From the NCBI GenBank assembly GCA_965277545.1, contig OZ255826.1:1628817-1692816 (forward strand): DNA of 64,000 nt, written 5' to 3'. Below the pieces are notes generated by a model. The model was not told where the DNA came from and searched no databases. It saw nothing but the letters and a program-made list of their open reading frames with translations. This document shows positions 33,581 to 43,903 of the stretch, piece after piece. This DNA is from Edaphobacter sp. GTDB taxonomy: Bacteria; Acidobacteriota; Terriglobia; Terriglobales; Acidobacteriaceae. How positions within the stretch are numbered: position 1 is the first letter of the stretch; each line of letters opens with the position of its first letter. The translations under genes and the position numbers were made by a program.

Positions 33581-34405
33581 CTACCCTCCACCCTCGCCCC
33601 TGCCCTTCGACATCTCGGCGGCCTGCTCGAGTGTCGTGCCCGCCGGCACTCGGGTGAATTCTGTCTGCACTTCATCCTGCTGCTGTCCGATGTTTTTGAA
33701 GAACAGCGCCTTGCCCTCGATATGCACATGGGTCTCGGTAATTTGCCAGAGTCCCGGCGCCACCTGCCTCCGCTCGACGCGAAACGTTCCGCCCTGTTTC
33801 ATCCGTCCCAGCAGCCCCCAGCCGATCGTCACATCCTGCGTCAGCCGTCCGCTGATCGTCTCGATCCGATGCTGCCCCCTGTCCACCACCAGTTCTCCGG
33901 CCATCGCGCCGAGAACACGCGACTGGATGTCCGGAGGATTGAAGCCTGGGTTCGGCACAAAGTGCAGCGTGATGGTTTCCGCGTCTTCGCGCTCGAGGTT
34001 CCACAGGAACGCCTCCGGCAAAATTCTCAGAAGCTCCGCGGCGCTCTTGCCGTCCTGCGCTGCATCCTTCTTCTGCTTCTCCATCGCGGACGGGTCACGG
34101 ATCAAGCTCTGCACCTTTGCCTCTTCGTTGCGGGCCTCGGCCTCGCTTAGCGGTTGACCTCCTTTGCGGATCAGCCGCTTGACGGAACCCTGATCGGTTT
34201 GCACCACAATGAAGACGAGGCCGAGATCCGTCTGATCGTCTTTATATTTCCAGCGCGAGTGGTCGTTCGCATCCGCGGCGAGCTCTGCCTGCATCGCCGT
34301 CGTGACGATCGCCTTCGCATCACGATCCTGCGCTTGCCACGCGGACGACCCAGCCAGCCAAAAACCACCCAACGCCATCAGGCCTAACAACGATCTCACG
34401 TGCAT
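33581..34405 (-). CDS. hypothetical exported protein
   Basis: Signal peptide MHVRSLLGLMALGGFWLAGSSAWQAQ. No motif recognised. Confidence 0.55.
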   Translation of the reverse strand: MHVRSLLGLMALGGFWLAGSSAWQAQDRDAKAIVTTAMQAELAADANDHSRWKYKDDQTDLGLVFIVVQTDQGSVKRLIRKGGQPLSEAEARNEEAKVQSLIRDPSAMEKQKKDAAQDGKSAAELLRILPEAFLWNLEREDAETITLHFVPNPGFNPPDIQSRVLGAMAGELVVDRGQHRIETISGRLTQDVTIGWGLLGRMKQGGTFRVERRQVAPGLWQITETHVHIEGKALFFKNIGQQQDEVQTEFTRVPAGTTLEQAAEMSKGRGEGGG

Positions 34406-34539
34406 ACTCCCGCATCTTTGACGATACAGGCTCCTCGATCGTATGCGCGTGACGAAGCGTAAAGATCCACGTAATTGGCCGCTGTAATCATCTGTGCACG
34501 GTTGTCATACCGCGCGTTGCCCGCTACTGGTTTCTTCGT

Positions 34540-35799
34540 TCAGTTGACCCATTTCACCCGCACACTTTTCTTCCCCACCCGCAAGACAGGATCAACTCCG
34601 AGTACTTCCGCAGTAGTCGACATCCCGCGAAACTTCTCGCCGTTTGCGCTCACTGCATTCTCGCCGATCTTCCTGTTTGCCTCACCAACCGAACTCGCCA
34701 GCCCCGCAAGTTGTAACAGCCTGCCAGTCTTAAGCACTGTTTCCGTCGGAGTATGAAGTACTACTAGTCCCTCGGCAGATCGTGACACCTCCACCACAGG
34801 CACGTCCTCGCTCACCCCGCGTTGCTGAAACATCTTCGCCCAGCCCTCCGCCGCCGTATCCGCCTCCTGCTGCGAATGAAAGTCGCGCGTGATCGTCCAG
34901 GCCAGATTCTTCTTTGCCTGCATCGGATGCAGCTTGCCGCTGGCGACCTCGTCCTGCATCGCAGCAATCTCCGAGCCGCGCAAGTCCGTCAGCAGGGTCC
35001 AATAGCGCCACATCAGTTCATCCGAAATCGACATCAGCTTGCCGTACATCTCGCCTGCGGGCTCGTGAACCCCGATGGCATTGCCGAGGGACTTCGACAT
35101 CTTCTGTACGCCGTCGAGCCCCTCAATGATCGGCATCATCAGCACAATCTGCTGCGGCTGGCCATCTTTCCGCTGCAGCTCGCGGCCCATCAGCAGGTTG
35201 AACTTCTGGTCCGTCCCTCCCAGTTCCACGTCGCTGCGCAGCATCACCGAATCGTATCCCTGCGCCAGCGGATAGAGCAGCTCATGCAGCGAGATATCCT
35301 CCTCCGCCTGGAACCGCGTCAGAAAATCCTTGCGATCCAGAATCTGCGACAGCGTCACCTTCGCCGCCAGCCCAATCATTCCTGCATAGCCCAGGTTGTC
35401 CAGCCACTCGGAGTTGTATCGCACCTCGGTCTTCTCGCGGTCGAGAATTTGGAACACCTGCTCCTTGTACGTCTCCGCATTGGCAGCGATCTGCTCGCGG
35501 GTCAGCGGCTTGCGCGTGACGTTTCTTCCTGTCGGATCGCCGATCAGCGCGGTCGAATCGCCGATAAGGAAGATCACGGTATGGCCGAGCGTCTGAAAGT
35601 GCCGCAGCTTTCTGAGCAGCACCGTATGCCCCAGGTGCAGGTCCGGCGCGGTCGGATCGAATCCAGCCTTGATCCGCATCGGCACCCCCGACGCAATCGA
35701 CTGCGCAATCCGCTCCTTGAGCGCCTCCAGCGGTACGATCTCCGCAGCGCCCTTCGTAATCAAATCCAGTTGCTCTTCCAGCGAAGCAAACGTAGCCAT
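34540..35799 (-). CDS. tyrS: tyrosine--tRNA ligase
   Basis: HIGH motif (PDLHLGHTV), KMSKS motif (QKMSKSLGN), C-terminal S4-like domain. Confidence 0.95.
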   Translation of the reverse strand: MATFASLEEQLDLITKGAAEIVPLEALKERIAQSIASGVPMRIKAGFDPTAPDLHLGHTVLLRKLRHFQTLGHTVIFLIGDSTALIGDPTGRNVTRKPLTREQIAANAETYKEQVFQILDREKTEVRYNSEWLDNLGYAGMIGLAAKVTLSQILDRKDFLTRFQAEEDISLHELLYPLAQGYDSVMLRSDVELGGTDQKFNLLMGRELQRKDGQPQQIVLMMPIIEGLDGVQKMSKSLGNAIGVHEPAGEMYGKLMSISDELMWRYWTLLTDLRGSEIAAMQDEVASGKLHPMQAKKNLAWTITRDFHSQQEADTAAEGWAKMFQQRGVSEDVPVVEVSRSAEGLVVLHTPTETVLKTGRLLQLAGLASSVGEANRKIGENAVSANGEKFRGMSTTAEVLGVDPVLRVGKKSVRVKWVN

Positions 35800-35898
35800 A
35801 TCCCTAAAGTATAGAGACTGAAGTCATCTTGCCCGATGTGCCGACAGGCAGTGATACATTTGTCACGCGCGGCGTTATCTATCTTCTGAGGTTCCCGC

Positions 35899-36774
35899 AT
35901 GCGACCGGCGCTGAAGACTCTCTGTTGTCTATCGCTCTTCCTTGCGGCATACGCCCAGGAGCAAAGCTCGCCGCTTGTTGAAATCGACAACGCGCCGCAA
36001 CCCTCTGACCGCTTTCCAGCAAGCTGGTACCCTCCCAATGACAGCGTCACCTACCCAGTATCCATTCAGAAGAACGTGCCATACACCGGAACGCTCGTCA
36101 CAACGTACCTGGATGAGGTTGACGGGAAGATCGTTCCGCGCTCGACTAGTACCCTGCAGGCACGCGGCTCCGCAGGCAGGATGCGGGACGAAGTCGTCAG
36201 CGGTGGTCATACCACGAAGGAAGGCGTACAAATCATCGACAGATCCGTCACGGTTGTCGATCCCGTATCGCACTGCAAGTTCCAATGGCGTGAGCCAGCA
36301 GACGCTCCACGCAGCGGTTCTGAAAATCCTCCGCCAGACAGCCAGGAACAGCTTCTTGCGGTCGTCGATTGCATGCCACTGACGATCCAGTACGTCAATG
36401 AGAATATTGGGAACGATGCGTTTGCCTCTCTCATCGTCAATGAGCGCAAAGAGGAGCACCACGAACTCTGGTCGTCGGTTGAGCAGCCACTGGGCAGGCG
36501 AACTTTCGGAGATGTACAGGCCTTGGGCATGCGATCGACCGTGGTAAACACAAAACCCGGGACTGCTGAGACCTTCGAGACGATGAGGGAATTCTGGTAC
36601 TCTCGGGAGATCGGGCAGGTGGTGGAAATGTTGGACAGAGAGCCGGTCGTGGGAACGAAAACTCTCCATGACAATCTCATTCCTGACATCGAGCTTACGG
36701 ACATCAAACGCACTGAGCCTCCGGTATCACTCTTCTACCCGCCTGCAGGCTGTGTGATCGTGAAGACGCCTTGA
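35899..36774 (+). CDS. hypothetical exported protein
   Basis: Signal peptide MRPALKTLCCLSLFLAAYAQ. No motif recognised. Confidence 0.55.
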   Translation: MRPALKTLCCLSLFLAAYAQEQSSPLVEIDNAPQPSDRFPASWYPPNDSVTYPVSIQKNVPYTGTLVTTYLDEVDGKIVPRSTSTLQARGSAGRMRDEVVSGGHTTKEGVQIIDRSVTVVDPVSHCKFQWREPADAPRSGSENPPPDSQEQLLAVVDCMPLTIQYVNENIGNDAFASLIVNERKEEHHELWSSVEQPLGRRTFGDVQALGMRSTVVNTKPGTAETFETMREFWYSREIGQVVEMLDREPVVGTKTLHDNLIPDIELTDIKRTEPPVSLFYPPAGCVIVKTP

Positions 36775-36812
36775 TAGCAACGACTCGCACCGAGAACGCT
36801 CCCAAATGATCT

Positions 36813-37235
36813 ATGCCGGATCGCAAACCCAAATCCGAACGGCTCACCACACGCAAGGAAAAGATCTGCAAAACTTGCGGACGCGCCTTCGCCTGGCGTA
36901 AGAAGTGGGAGCAGGACTGGGATGTCGTCAAATACTGCAGCGACGCCTGCCGTGGGCACAAACCGGGAGCCACAGGCAATGCCCTCGAAGCGGCTATCCT
37001 TTCGCTTCTCGCCGAACGCAACCTAACCGGCGGCAGCGTCAAAACCATCTGTCCCTCCGAAGCCGCGAAGGCGGTTGGCGGGACCGAAGCTCGCCACGAT
37101 TGGGAATCTCTCATGGAGCCCGCCCGCGCCGCCGCCCGCCGTCTCGTTGCCCAAAGCAGAATCGTCATCACCCAGCACAATCAGATCGTCGATCCCTCGA
37201 CGGCAAAAGGCCCTATCCGTCTACGCCTGCGCTGA
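36813..37235 (+). CDS. DUF2256 zinc-finger plus DUF3253-like protein
   Basis: ..KICKTCGRAFAWRKKWEQDWDVVKYCSDACR.. is the DUF2256-type Cys4 pattern. The C-terminal ..CPSEAA..W..LMEP.R.AARRL matches DUF3253 as I remember it. Confidence 0.6.
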   Translation: MPDRKPKSERLTTRKEKICKTCGRAFAWRKKWEQDWDVVKYCSDACRGHKPGATGNALEAAILSLLAERNLTGGSVKTICPSEAAKAVGGTEARHDWESLMEPARAAARRLVAQSRIVITQHNQIVDPSTAKGPIRLRLR

Positions 37236-37250
37236 GTCCAGCGGGAGAGA

Positions 37251-37997
37251 TCACCTGCCGAACGTATAAGTCACCTTGAACAGCCCGCTGTTCACGCCGG
37301 GGTTCGATGAGGCCGTGTAGGCATTTGAGAAATGCTGTATCTGATACTCAAACCGCATCGACTGAGCCGCCGTCTGAAAATACTCCAGCCCCACTCCAGC
37401 TTGATACGTGAAGTTGAACGAGCCCGCCGAATCAATCGGAATTTTCTTGGCCGAAAGGAGCAGCCCCGTCAGCAGACTCGCCGTAGGCTGCCATCGGCTT
37501 CTTGGGCGGAAGTTGATGCGCATTCCCAGCGGCGAAAGGCCTTCCACGTACGTCCATCGGCGTCCGCAGGTAATGCTTACCGTGCCCGCGTAGAAGACCT
37601 GCTGGATGGGGTCGGTGAACGAAAAGTTTTGTGAAAACGGGACGCACCCAAGCACGGCTGCGGGCTTGCTGGTGACCGTCCCGAAAAAAGGCGGCGACGT
37701 ATAGGCGGTCGTGGAGGTCAGTGTAAGATCGCTCTCCGCGATCAGCGGCCGGAACTCTCCCATGTACTTCCAGACAATCTCGCGGCTCGCCTTCAGCCGG
37801 TACTCGTACTGCAAACCCACCTCGGTGAACCTGCGATCCGGAGCTCCGCCCAGGCTGCTCCAATCCGTAGTCGAATAGTCGAAAAACGCGGCAAACGTCT
37901 GACGCCGTCCATAAACCGGCTGATCCCGGGCTTGAGCAAATGCAGCAGAACTCTCAACCAGCACGAGAAACAGACACACGATCCCCAATGGCCGCAT
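37251..37997 (-). CDS. outer-membrane beta-barrel, PagL/acyloxyacyl-hydrolase-like
   Basis: Signal peptide, alternating beta-strand pattern, ..QIQHFSNAY.. (HxSN as in lipid A deacylase PagL-type proteins), C-terminus ..KVTYTFGR. Confidence 0.55.
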   Translation of the reverse strand: MRPLGIVCLFLVLVESSAAFAQARDQPVYGRRQTFAAFFDYSTTDWSSLGGAPDRRFTEVGLQYEYRLKASREIVWKYMGEFRPLIAESDLTLTSTTAYTSPPFFGTVTSKPAAVLGCVPFSQNFSFTDPIQQVFYAGTVSITCGRRWTYVEGLSPLGMRINFRPRSRWQPTASLLTGLLLSAKKIPIDSAGSFNFTYQAGVGLEYFQTAAQSMRFEYQIQHFSNAYTASSNPGVNSGLFKVTYTFGR

Positions 37998-38095
37998 TCA
38001 CTCCCCATTGTGCTCACAAGGTACGAGGATTGTACCGCGGTGAAGTTACGGCCTCCGCATCCCGCCCAATAAAGTCAGACTTCGAACAGAGTGTT

Positions 38096-41000
38096 TCACG
38101 CGGTCGACTTCGGGCTGAACTTCGGATAGAGGATCGGGAGAAGGTAAAGCGTCAACAGCGTAGCGGTGATGAGGCCGCCGATGACGACCGTCGCAAGCGG
38201 CCGCTGCACCTCGGCGCCGCGCGAGGTGGCGAGCGCCATGGGGATGAAGCCGAGCGAGGCGACCAGCGCGGTGATGAGGACGGGGCGGAGACGGTCGGAG
38301 GCGCCCTGACGGACCGCCTCTTCGATGTCTTTGCCTTCGTCGCGCAGGGAGTTAATGTGTGAGACCATCACGACGCCGTTGAGTACGGCGACCCCGAAGA
38401 GGGCAATGAAGCCCACGCAGGCAGAGAGATTGAGGTTGATCCCGCGAAGCCAAAGCGCCGCGATGCCGCCGACGAGCGCGAACGGAACGATGGTGAGGAT
38501 GAGGAGCATCTGCTTTGCATTGCGGAAGGTGGCGTAGAGCAGCGCGGCGATGATGAGGATCGAGACCGGGAAGACAATGAGCAGACGCTGCTGGGCGCGG
38601 CGCTGGTTCTCGTATTGGCCTCCCCACTCCAGCCGGTAGCCGCCGGGGAGCTTGAGCCCTGACTGAACAGCGGCCTGCGCATCCTTGACGAAGCTGCCGA
38701 GATCGCGTCCTTCGACGTTTGAGGTGATGGCGGCGCGGCGGTGGGCGTTCTCGCGATTGATCAGGATCGGGCCACGTACCTGTTCGATGTCGGCGAGCTG
38801 GTCGAGCCGGACGAGCTCGCCCTGGGGGGTCTTGATCTGAAGCGAGCGGAGATTCTCCGGATCGTCGCGAAACTTCAGGGGGAGTCGGATGGCGATGGGG
38901 AAGCGCTCTTCGCCCAGCAGCATCTCGGAGAGCTGACGGCCCCCGTAGAGCGCCTCGATATCCTGCTGGATGTCGGCGACGTTGATGCCGTACTGCGCGA
39001 TCGCAGCGCGGTCGATGCGGATCTGCAGCTCTTCGGCTCCGGAGATAAGCTCCATCTGGGTTTCGGATGCGCCTTTGACGCCGGAGATGATGGCATTGGC
39101 CCGGTGGCCCAGCTGCTCGAGTGTGTCGAGGCTGCCGCCGTTTTCGGGCGCGAAGATCTTGAGGGCGAGGTCGCCGCGCGTGCCGGTGATGGTCTCGTCC
39201 ATGCGCATCTCCATAGGCTGGGTGAACTCGTAGGAAACACCCGGAATCTTGTCGAGCGCGGTCTGCAGGTGGTCGTAGAGAGGCTGGCGTTTCGCGATGG
39301 ATTGGTTCTGGACCTTGGGCGTGAAGGTGAGATAGGAGTCCGATTCGTATTCGCCCATGGCCTCAGTAGCAAGGTCCGGCCGGCCGAGCTTGGTGACGAC
39401 ACCTTGCACTCCCGGGAAGGTCAGGATGGTTTTTTCGATCTGGTTGCCGATGGCGACCGATTCCGTGAGCGAGATGCCGGGCAGCTTCTTCGACGTGATG
39501 ACGAGCGAACCCTCGTCGAGCTTTGGCATGAACTCGGTGCCGATGAATTTGAGCGACCCGAGGGCGAGAACGATGAGCACGCCGGCGGTGCTCAAGATGA
39601 CGCGCGTGTGCTTGCCTGCGCGTTCGAGCGAGCGCACGTAATGAGTGCGCAGTCTGTCGAACCAGTTTTCCTTCTTGCGCCTGGTCTTTTCCTCTGCGTC
39701 TTTATCGTTGGAGGCGAGGATTTTTGCGCGGTGTTTCAGCGCGATGGTGCAGAGTGTCGGGACGACCAAAAGCGCAAGGAAGAGCGATCCGGTAAGTGCG
39801 GAGACAACCGTGATGGCCATCGGGCGGAACATGCGGCCTTCAAGACTCCTCAGCGTGAGGATGGGAAGGTAGACGGCGATGATGATAAGGACGCCGAAGA
39901 TGATCGGCCGGGCGACCTCCCCGGCGGCGTCGCGGACGATGTCGATGAGATTGCCCTTGCCGTCGCTGAGTTCGAGACGGTGCATGCAATTCTCCACCAT
40001 CACGACCGAGCCGTCGACGATGGTGCCGAAGTCGATCGCGCCGAGGCTCATGAGGTTGATCGAGATGCCGAACGCGCCCATGCCGAGGAAGGCGAAGAGC
40101 AGCGACAGCGGGATCGTCACGGCGACCACGAGCGCGGCGCGCCAGTCGCCGAGGAAGATCAGCAGGATCACAACGACGAGGAAGGCGGCCTCCAGGAGAT
40201 TCTTCTTGACCGTATGGATGGTTGCGTCGATAACGTCGGACTGATCGTAGAAGGGAATGATCTTCGCGCCTTCCGGGAGCTTGAGCGCGGCGATCTTTTG
40301 CTTGATCTCCTTGATGATCTTTTGGCCGTTCGCGCCGCGCAGGATGATCACTTCTCCGGACACGGTCTCGCCACGGCCATCGCGCATGATGGCGCCATGG
40401 CGCGGAATCGGCTCGAGCTTGAGCTCGGCAAGTTGACTGAGATAGGTCGGTATGCCGTTGGCGGTGGAGACGACGATCCGGCCAAGGTCGTCGAGCGACT
40501 GCGTGCGGCCGATGCCGCGGATGGTGTACTGCTGCTCGGCATGCTCGATGTAGCTGCCGCCGAAGTTGGCGTTGTTGCTGGAGACGGCCTGGGCGACATC
40601 GTGCAGAGTAAGGTTGAAGCGGCGCAGAGATTCGGGATCGACCACGATGGTGTACTGCTTGGACTCGCCGCCCCAGGAGTTGATCTCGCTGACGTCGGGC
40701 ACGGTGAGGAGCTGATAGCGGATAAGCCAGTCGTGCAGGGTTTTGATCTGCATGAGCGACATCTGCGGTGCGGCGACGGTGTACTGGTACACCTCTCCGA
40801 AGGCCGTGGACATGGGCCCCATCTGCGGTTGCAGACCGGATGGTATGCGGCCCTGCATCTGATTGAGGCGCTCGGCGACAAGCTGACGAACGAGGTACTT
40901 GTCCATGGAGTCGTCGAAGATGACGGTGACCATGGAGAGATCGAGCTTGGAGGTGGAGCGCACCATCTGCAGCTTGGGCATGCCCATCAGCGAGGTCTCG

Positions 41001-41203
41001 AGCGGGTAGGTGACCAGCTGTTCGACCTCTACCGGCGACATGCCAGGGCACTGCACCGTGACAACGACCTGATTGTTGGTGAGGTCGGGAAAAGCTTCGA
41101 GCGGAAGCTGAAACATGACGTAGATGCCGCCCGCGATCAGCGTAAGCAGCACGGCAGCGACGAGCCAGCGGTTTTCGAGCAGGAAGTGGATAATCTTCTT
41201 CAT
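38096..41203 (-). CDS. RND efflux permease, CzcA/CusA heavy-metal efflux family
   Basis: 1035 aa. The N-terminus MKKIIHFLLENRWLV..EAFPDLTNNQVVV..CPGMSPVEVEQLVTYPLE is characteristic of the HME-RND subfamily. 12-TM architecture. Confidence 0.95.
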   Translation of the reverse strand: MKKIIHFLLENRWLVAAVLLTLIAGGIYVMFQLPLEAFPDLTNNQVVVTVQCPGMSPVEVEQLVTYPLETSLMGMPKLQMVRSTSKLDLSMVTVIFDDSMDKYLVRQLVAERLNQMQGRIPSGLQPQMGPMSTAFGEVYQYTVAAPQMSLMQIKTLHDWLIRYQLLTVPDVSEINSWGGESKQYTIVVDPESLRRFNLTLHDVAQAVSSNNANFGGSYIEHAEQQYTIRGIGRTQSLDDLGRIVVSTANGIPTYLSQLAELKLEPIPRHGAIMRDGRGETVSGEVIILRGANGQKIIKEIKQKIAALKLPEGAKIIPFYDQSDVIDATIHTVKKNLLEAAFLVVVILLIFLGDWRAALVVAVTIPLSLLFAFLGMGAFGISINLMSLGAIDFGTIVDGSVVMVENCMHRLELSDGKGNLIDIVRDAAGEVARPIIFGVLIIIAVYLPILTLRSLEGRMFRPMAITVVSALTGSLFLALLVVPTLCTIALKHRAKILASNDKDAEEKTRRKKENWFDRLRTHYVRSLERAGKHTRVILSTAGVLIVLALGSLKFIGTEFMPKLDEGSLVITSKKLPGISLTESVAIGNQIEKTILTFPGVQGVVTKLGRPDLATEAMGEYESDSYLTFTPKVQNQSIAKRQPLYDHLQTALDKIPGVSYEFTQPMEMRMDETITGTRGDLALKIFAPENGGSLDTLEQLGHRANAIISGVKGASETQMELISGAEELQIRIDRAAIAQYGINVADIQQDIEALYGGRQLSEMLLGEERFPIAIRLPLKFRDDPENLRSLQIKTPQGELVRLDQLADIEQVRGPILINRENAHRRAAITSNVEGRDLGSFVKDAQAAVQSGLKLPGGYRLEWGGQYENQRRAQQRLLIVFPVSILIIAALLYATFRNAKQMLLILTIVPFALVGGIAALWLRGINLNLSACVGFIALFGVAVLNGVVMVSHINSLRDEGKDIEEAVRQGASDRLRPVLITALVASLGFIPMALATSRGAEVQRPLATVVIGGLITATLLTLYLLPILYPKFSPKSTA

Positions 41204-41206
41204 CGC

Positions 41207-42463
41207 CTAGCTGTCTCCGACCGTGCCCTTGAGCAGCTCGCCCTTGACCATGAACGCGCCGTTCACGACAATATGGTCGCCGGGTTTGAGTCCTTCGATC
41301 ACCTCGACGCGGCCTTCAGAGCGGGTGCCGAGCTTGACGATCTGCGTGCGGAAGGTTGAGCCGTCCACGGTAGTGAAGACAACCTGATTGCCGTTGATGT
41401 CCTGCAGCGCGTCTTCAGGGATGAAGAGGGCGGTGCGGGACTTCGGTCCGGTGATGTGGGCGCTGGCAAACATGCCGGGGCGCAGGCGGGTGCCGGGATT
41501 TCGCACCGCGATGCGAACCGGGATGGTGCGGGTCTGCGGGTCGAGCGTGTCGCCGACCATCGCCACGCGCGCCGGGAAGGCGGTGTCCGCGAAGGCTTGG
41601 GTGATGACGTCGGCGGCAGCGCCGTTGTGCACCAGAGCGAGGTCCTTTTCATTCACAGCAGCCATGACCCAGACGGAGCTGAGATTGGAAACCGCAAACG
41701 CTTCGAATCCCGTGGCGACCACCTGTCCCACGGTGACGTTGCGGTTGACGACCACGCCGTCTACCGGAGACCGGATCGGGATCAGCTCCCGGTCATACAA
41801 ATTCGTTCGCGTCAGCGACTGCGGAGAGATCTGCAGCAGCTCGGAGAGATGTTCGCGCTCCATGTGGACGTTGGCCTCAGCATCGGCGAGGTCCTGGCGG
41901 GATTGCGCGAGCATCTGATCGGCGTGCTGCTTTTCTTCAAGCGATGCCGCCTGGATGGCATAGAGATGCGCGTAGCGATCCACCGCCTGCTCGGAGAAGA
42001 CGACAGCGCTGCGCTGACGATCCTCCGCGGCAAAAGCCTGGACGAGCGCGCCTACGGTCTCATGCACAAAGTGGCTGTGCAGCTCGGCAAGCTTGGTTCC
42101 CCGGTGAACCAGCGCGCCGGGAAGCACATAGACCGAGGTAATGCGGCCGTCGGCGATGGCGCCGATGTGCGAGGTATGCTGTTCGTCCATGGCGACCTGC
42201 CCCGCGACGGTGAGCAGCTGCGGCATGCTGCGCACGTCGACCGGCGCGATCACGATGCCGGCCCTTTGCTGATCCTGCGGCTCGATCTTCAAGGTGCCGG
42301 GATCCTGCTGCTGCTTGCTGCCTGCCTTGTTTGGGCTCGCGGCTGAGCCGCCGGAGCCGCCCTGCTTCTTCGAACTTTGAGCGTCAGGAGTATCGCTGCT
42401 TTGCTTCGAGCAGGCAGCGAGGCAGAGCACGAGCAGGAAAGCCGCCGCATGATAGATCCTCAT
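41207..42463 (-). CDS. RND efflux periplasmic adaptor (CzcB/CusB type)
   Basis: Lipoprotein-like N-terminus (LAAC). Barrel-sandwich/coiled-coil/beta-barrel pattern. 3-nt gap to the permease and 4-nt overlap with the upstream OMF gene. Confidence 0.9.
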   Translation of the reverse strand: MRIYHAAAFLLVLCLAACSKQSSDTPDAQSSKKQGGSGGSAASPNKAGSKQQQDPGTLKIEPQDQQRAGIVIAPVDVRSMPQLLTVAGQVAMDEQHTSHIGAIADGRITSVYVLPGALVHRGTKLAELHSHFVHETVGALVQAFAAEDRQRSAVVFSEQAVDRYAHLYAIQAASLEEKQHADQMLAQSRQDLADAEANVHMEREHLSELLQISPQSLTRTNLYDRELIPIRSPVDGVVVNRNVTVGQVVATGFEAFAVSNLSSVWVMAAVNEKDLALVHNGAAADVITQAFADTAFPARVAMVGDTLDPQTRTIPVRIAVRNPGTRLRPGMFASAHITGPKSRTALFIPEDALQDINGNQVVFTTVDGSTFRTQIVKLGTRSEGRVEVIEGLKPGDHIVVNGAFMVKGELLKGTVGDS

Positions 42464-43761
42464 GGCTGAGCTCCGTAGGCAAGCTGCAGGCGGACCACAG
42501 CCTGGTGATAGTCGGCGAGTGTGCGGATGGCGGTGACCTCCACGTCAATGTTCGTGCGCTCGGCATCGAGATACCGGAGCAGGTCCACCCCACCGATGCG
42601 GTAAGCCTCGGTGAGGATATTGAGATTCTGCCTGGCGCGCGCCCGCATCGGCGGCAGCGTGTCCTGGACAATTGCGAGTTCGCGCTGGTAGCTCTCGGTG
42701 GCGGCGTCGATGTCCGTGCGCACGATAAGCTCGGCCTGCTGGAGGGAAGCGTGCGCGATGTGGAGCTGAGCCTGGGCGCGTTCAATCCCGCCCTGATTGC
42801 GGCTGCTGAACGGCAGCGGAATCTGAATGGCCGCATAGAACGTGTTCACGCCGATGTTGCGCTTGTAGCCGCCGAGCACGTCGGGATCGGGGACGGCGAG
42901 GGCATGCTGCAGCTTCAGATCGGCCTCGGCGGCGGCAACGTCATCGTGCGCAGCCGCAATCTCAGCACGCTGAGCGAGTGCCGTGGCCAGTTCGATGGCA
43001 GGGACCTGGTCCGTGGTTGTGATGTCGTCGGTGAGGCTGGTGTCCTTCGGCAGGGTGCGGCCGATCTGTCTGAAGAGATTGACACGAGCCAGCTCTGCGT
43101 CGCGCCGGGCTGCCTGGAGCGAGAGGAAGATGCGGTCGCGCTCGATCTGGATGCGGATCAGGTCCACACCGCGCGTGGCCCCCGCGTCCACTCGCGCCTT
43201 GCTGTAGCGAACCATGTCGTCGACGTCGGCGAGGTCCTTTTGCAGAAGATCCGCAATGTGTCCGGTCGCGGCCGCAGACCAGTACGCCGCGGCGACCGAG
43301 CCCGCAATCTGGCGCATGCGCAGCGTGCGTTCGGCTTCGGTGCGGTGCAGGTAGGCGCTCGCAACGGCGACTCGCTTTCCGCGCTTGCCATCGATCTCTA
43401 TGGTTTGGCTAACGTAGCCATAGTCCTCGGTGCTGTTGGGAAAGGAGAAGTCGCTGGCCCAGGGGCGGAGGTCTTCCGACTGCAGGAAGAGGCGCGGGTT
43501 GGGACGAAGGCCGGCCTGGCGAACGTCGCCTTGAGCCGCTTCTACCTGGCCATTGGCAATCTGCGCGCTTGGACTCTCGAGTGCAGCTTCGATCGCGCTA
43601 TGGAGGCTCAGGTTCTGCTGGCAGAGGGCCATCGGGCTCAGGAGAATCGCCGTCACCGCCACCGCGAGCCAACCCGCCAGGCAAAAGCGCGTCTTGCGTG
43701 CGGGGAAGTTGTCAAGAGGCGCTGCGGCCCTGCCGCTGGGAATGGGTGCGAAAGACGTCAT
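42460..43761 (-). CDS. TolC-family outer membrane efflux protein (CzcC type)
   Basis: Two OEP repeats. Start taken at Met-114 of the track ORF (ATG 43761, MTSFAPIPS..), which gives a signal-like segment. The longer ORF overlaps the divergent gene. Confidence 0.85.
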   Translation of the reverse strand: MTSFAPIPSGRAAAPLDNFPARKTRFCLAGWLAVAVTAILLSPMALCQQNLSLHSAIEAALESPSAQIANGQVEAAQGDVRQAGLRPNPRLFLQSEDLRPWASDFSFPNSTEDYGYVSQTIEIDGKRGKRVAVASAYLHRTEAERTLRMRQIAGSVAAAYWSAAATGHIADLLQKDLADVDDMVRYSKARVDAGATRGVDLIRIQIERDRIFLSLQAARRDAELARVNLFRQIGRTLPKDTSLTDDITTTDQVPAIELATALAQRAEIAAAHDDVAAAEADLKLQHALAVPDPDVLGGYKRNIGVNTFYAAIQIPLPFSSRNQGGIERAQAQLHIAHASLQQAELIVRTDIDAATESYQRELAIVQDTLPPMRARARQNLNILTEAYRIGGVDLLRYLDAERTNIDVEVTAIRTLADYHQAVVRLQLAYGAQP

Positions 43762-43903
43762 ATTCGTTCTGAGCTTGTTAAGATGCAGGATGGAGCAATC
43801 CGGATGGTGACGAGACCGTAAGCCCCCTCCGATCACACCCCCGTAAATTCTCGAGTCTTTAATACCGATCATTTCAGCTCTGCTGCCGCAGTCCCACTTT
43901 CGA

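Noticed and set aside
35800-35898. T-box or other leader upstream of tyrS
   Set aside because: The spacer is about 100 nt with no specifier or T-box-like sequence visible. T-boxes are also not expected in this lineage.
38741-41359. 872-aa plus-strand ORF, and similar very long ORFs at 9014-10666 (+), 27664-29262 (+), 7502-8857 (-), 7717-8880 (+), 16512-17591 (-), 60946-62034 (-), 62678-63727 (-), 30015-31082 (-), 32294-33274 (+), 19962-21215 (-), 15058-16200 (-)
   Set aside because: All are antisense or out-of-frame shadows of genes with clear family motifs (czcA, blaR1-like, Gfo/Idh/MocA, NiCoT, LOG, sulfatase-like and others). Their products are Arg/Gly/Ala/His/Pro-rich low-complexity strings, typical of open alternative frames in high-GC DNA.
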